Below the pieces are notes generated by a model. It made no database searches and was not told where the DNA came from. It saw only the letters and a list, made by a program, of their open reading frames with translations. Position numbers and translations under genes: made by a program. DNA of 64,000 bases from Isurus oxyrinchus. Taxonomy: Eukaryota. The stretch lies in contig JANJGN010000022.1 of NCBI GenBank assembly GCA_026770705.1, positions 6,324,001-6,388,000 on the forward strand, read 5' to 3'. This document shows, one piece after another, positions 61,690-64,000 of the stretch (its first letter is position 1; each line of letters opens with the position of its first letter).

Positions 61690-63470
61690 AAGGCTTTTCA
61701 CAGAAGGGTTAAGGAACAAAATCTGACTCCAAAGTCGTATAAGGAGATATTAGGTCAGGTGATCAAAAGTTTGGTCAAAGAGATGGAACTAAGCAGCGTC
61801 TTCAAGGATGAAAGCGAGGCAGAGAAATTTAGGGAGGGGGTTCGAAGGGGCTTGGCAGCTGAAGACACGGACAACAATGATGGAGCAATTAAAACTGCCC
61901 CCCCCAAGAGGTGCAGAGATCTAGTCAAGTTATGGGGATGTGAGGGGCTACAGGTATTGGGAGGGATAAGGCCACAGTGGGATTTGAAAACAAGCATGAG
62001 AATTTTAAAATCAAGACATTGCAAGTCCAGGGACCAATGTGTGTCAGTGGAAGGGAAGATGGGTGAGTGGAACTTGGTGTTGGTTAGGACATGGGCAACA
62101 GAGTTTGAATGATCTCAAGTTTATGGTGGGTGGAAAGTGGGAGGGTGGCCAAGGGTGTGTGAAATAATCAAGTATAGAGATAACAAAGGCATTTATGAAA
62201 GCTTCAGGAGTAGATGAGCTGAGACAAGGATAGAGTTGGGCAATTTTCTGGAGGTGAAAATACACAGTTTTAGTGATGGCAACGGACGTGTGGTAGGAGG
62301 TTCACCTCAGGGTCAAAACCGGTACCAATGGTGCGAACAGTCTGGATCAACCTCAGATCTTTGCCAGGGAGAGGGATGGAGTGGGCAGTTAGGGAATGGA
62401 GTTTGTGACAGGGACCAAAACAAATGGGCAGAATTTTGCCCTTGGCGTTCGGGATTGGTGAGGGTGGGGCAGTCGGGGCAGACTGCTACCCGCAATCGGC
62501 AGTGCTCCGGGATTTTATGCGGGTGGGCCAATTAAGGCTCGCCCAGCAGGAAACGTGAGCAGCAGCACTGAGTACTGTCTGTGCGGGCGGGGCTCGGGGG
62601 GGTGGGGGGTGAGCCTGCCCAGCACAAAATTCGCGCATACTCGTGAAAGAGCATTGAATAATCTCCCTGAGGCAGCTCCACGCACCTCAGGGAGATGAAA
62701 AATATAAATAAAAAAAAATGATTAAAGAACTGAAACATTTAATGAAACATGCCCCCTCATGTGACTCTTTCACATGAGCAGGGACATGTTTTTAATTAAA
62801 AATTAAAAGCTTTCATTTCATTTGTTTTTGATTTTGGAAATTTCATCCCGCCTGTGGATGAGGCTTCCAAAAAAAATGCAAAGGCCGCTCAGCCTTTTCG
62901 CCTGCCCATCAACCGTTAGGTTGAACGGACAGTGAAAAATTAAGCATAATTGGTTATTTAATGGCCTTATCAGGCCTTTTAATTATCGGCGGGTGTGCTG
63001 CTGGCTCTGGCGCGTGCCCACCGACTGAACTATCGCGCGACTGTGCATTGACATCGGTGAACTCAGCCGACATCATCACCTGTCATTTCACGTTCGGTCG
63101 AGTGGGGCGCATGAGCACCCGCTGAGCTAAAAATTCTGGCCAATGGCTTCTGTCTTTCCAATATTTACCTACAGTAAATTTCTGCTCATCCTATACTGGA
63201 TGTCTGATAAGTAACCTGACAATTTAATGACAGCAGAGGGGCTGAGAGAGATGGTGCTGAGATAGAGCTGTGTTGGAGTACAAGCGGATACTGACGCCTT
63301 GTTTTTGGATGATGTCACCAAGGGGCAACATGTAGATGAGGGAAAGGAATGGTCCAAGGATAGATCCCTGAGGTAATGGTGGTTGGGGTGCCAGAGGTAA
63401 CGGCGCAGGTGCAGGAGCAGGATCAGAAGCCACTGTAACCGATTCTCTGGCTATGATTAGGTAAGAACGA
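61690..63470 (-). mobile_element. L2 fragment split by a MITE at 62426-63141
   Basis: Encodes PQGSILGPFL and LSDIQYRMSRNLL (63170-63375). The L2 3' region occupies 61690-62425 and is continuous across the insertion. Confidence 0.8.
62426..63141. mobile_element. Non-autonomous PIF/Harbinger-like DNA transposon (MITE)
   Basis: TIRs gggcagaatttt and aaaattctggcc, a 3-bp AAT duplication at 62423-62425 and 63142-63144, and a CpG-rich non-coding interior. It interrupts the L2 cleanly. Confidence 0.8.
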
Positions 63471-64000
63471 GATCAAGATAAGTCTTGCCCGCTTTCTTCT
63501 CAAACAACAAGCTGATGAGGATAACTGGCACCAGCAGGATATTGAACACTAAAAAATTCAGTGGGAAGCAAATTTAATTTCAGCCCTCCTCCCACCCCCA
63601 CTTATGCCAAGGATCCTGTGCCAACTACCTGCCAGACTACAGTTACCACCTCAATATCTTGGAGTCCAAGTGAGATTCAGAAAAGTGGGGCATGTGAAAT
63701 GTTCACAATTGATGACTTCACACAGCATATGCACTCAGGCTACACAATGGCTCACAATCAGAATATTTCTGGCAGACTGGGTTTACCCACAAATTCAAAC
63801 AAACTGTTAAAATGAATGTTTCTGGAAAGTGTCTGGTAAGTAGCACAATGCGCCCCCTGATCATTCAAACTGGGGTTGTGTCCAGAGAGAAAATATTACC
63901 ATCTGTACCTCACCAAAGTGTAGTAACAGTTGTATTCTATATCTACAGGGGTGCTGACGATGATGTGCGCATGAATAATTGGAGTGATAGCATTTAAAAA

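Noticed and set aside
63150-63470. Possible further upstream AXIN2 exon
   Set aside because: It translates to L2 RT motifs (PQGSILGP). No Axin exon 3 peptide was found in 60319-64000.

Overview
Repeat-rich vertebrate genomic DNA, most likely from a shark or other cartilaginous fish. This is inferred from SacSINE1-like DeuSINEs, CR1 LINEs with an esterase ORF1, and Penelope elements. The only host gene is the 3' part of AXIN2 on the minus strand. I reconstructed eight coding exons (60318 down to 46941), all GT-AG and phase-compatible, covering the GSK3-binding and beta-catenin-binding regions and the DIX domain, followed by a ~2 kb 3' UTR. The upstream RGS-domain exons lie beyond the window. 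Positions 1-44900 are downstream intergenic DNA with a near-full-length decayed CR1, many CR1/L2/Penelope/SINE fragments, Harbinger-like MITEs and several TCF/LEF motif clusters. Most short ORFs in the track are repeat fragments or noise. The most unusual structures are: (1) a Penelope hairpin shell whose interior is replaced by an inverted copy of neighbouring DNA; (2) Penelope hammerhead motifs with a shared non-canonical core, where insertion boundaries fall at the core edge; (3) an AXIN2 intronic 100-bp inverted repeat carrying an exact 12-nt copy and antisense copy of the DIX-exon splice donor. Everything was read by eye. Repeat boundaries are approximate, family names and orthologue comparisons are from memory, and no searches were run.
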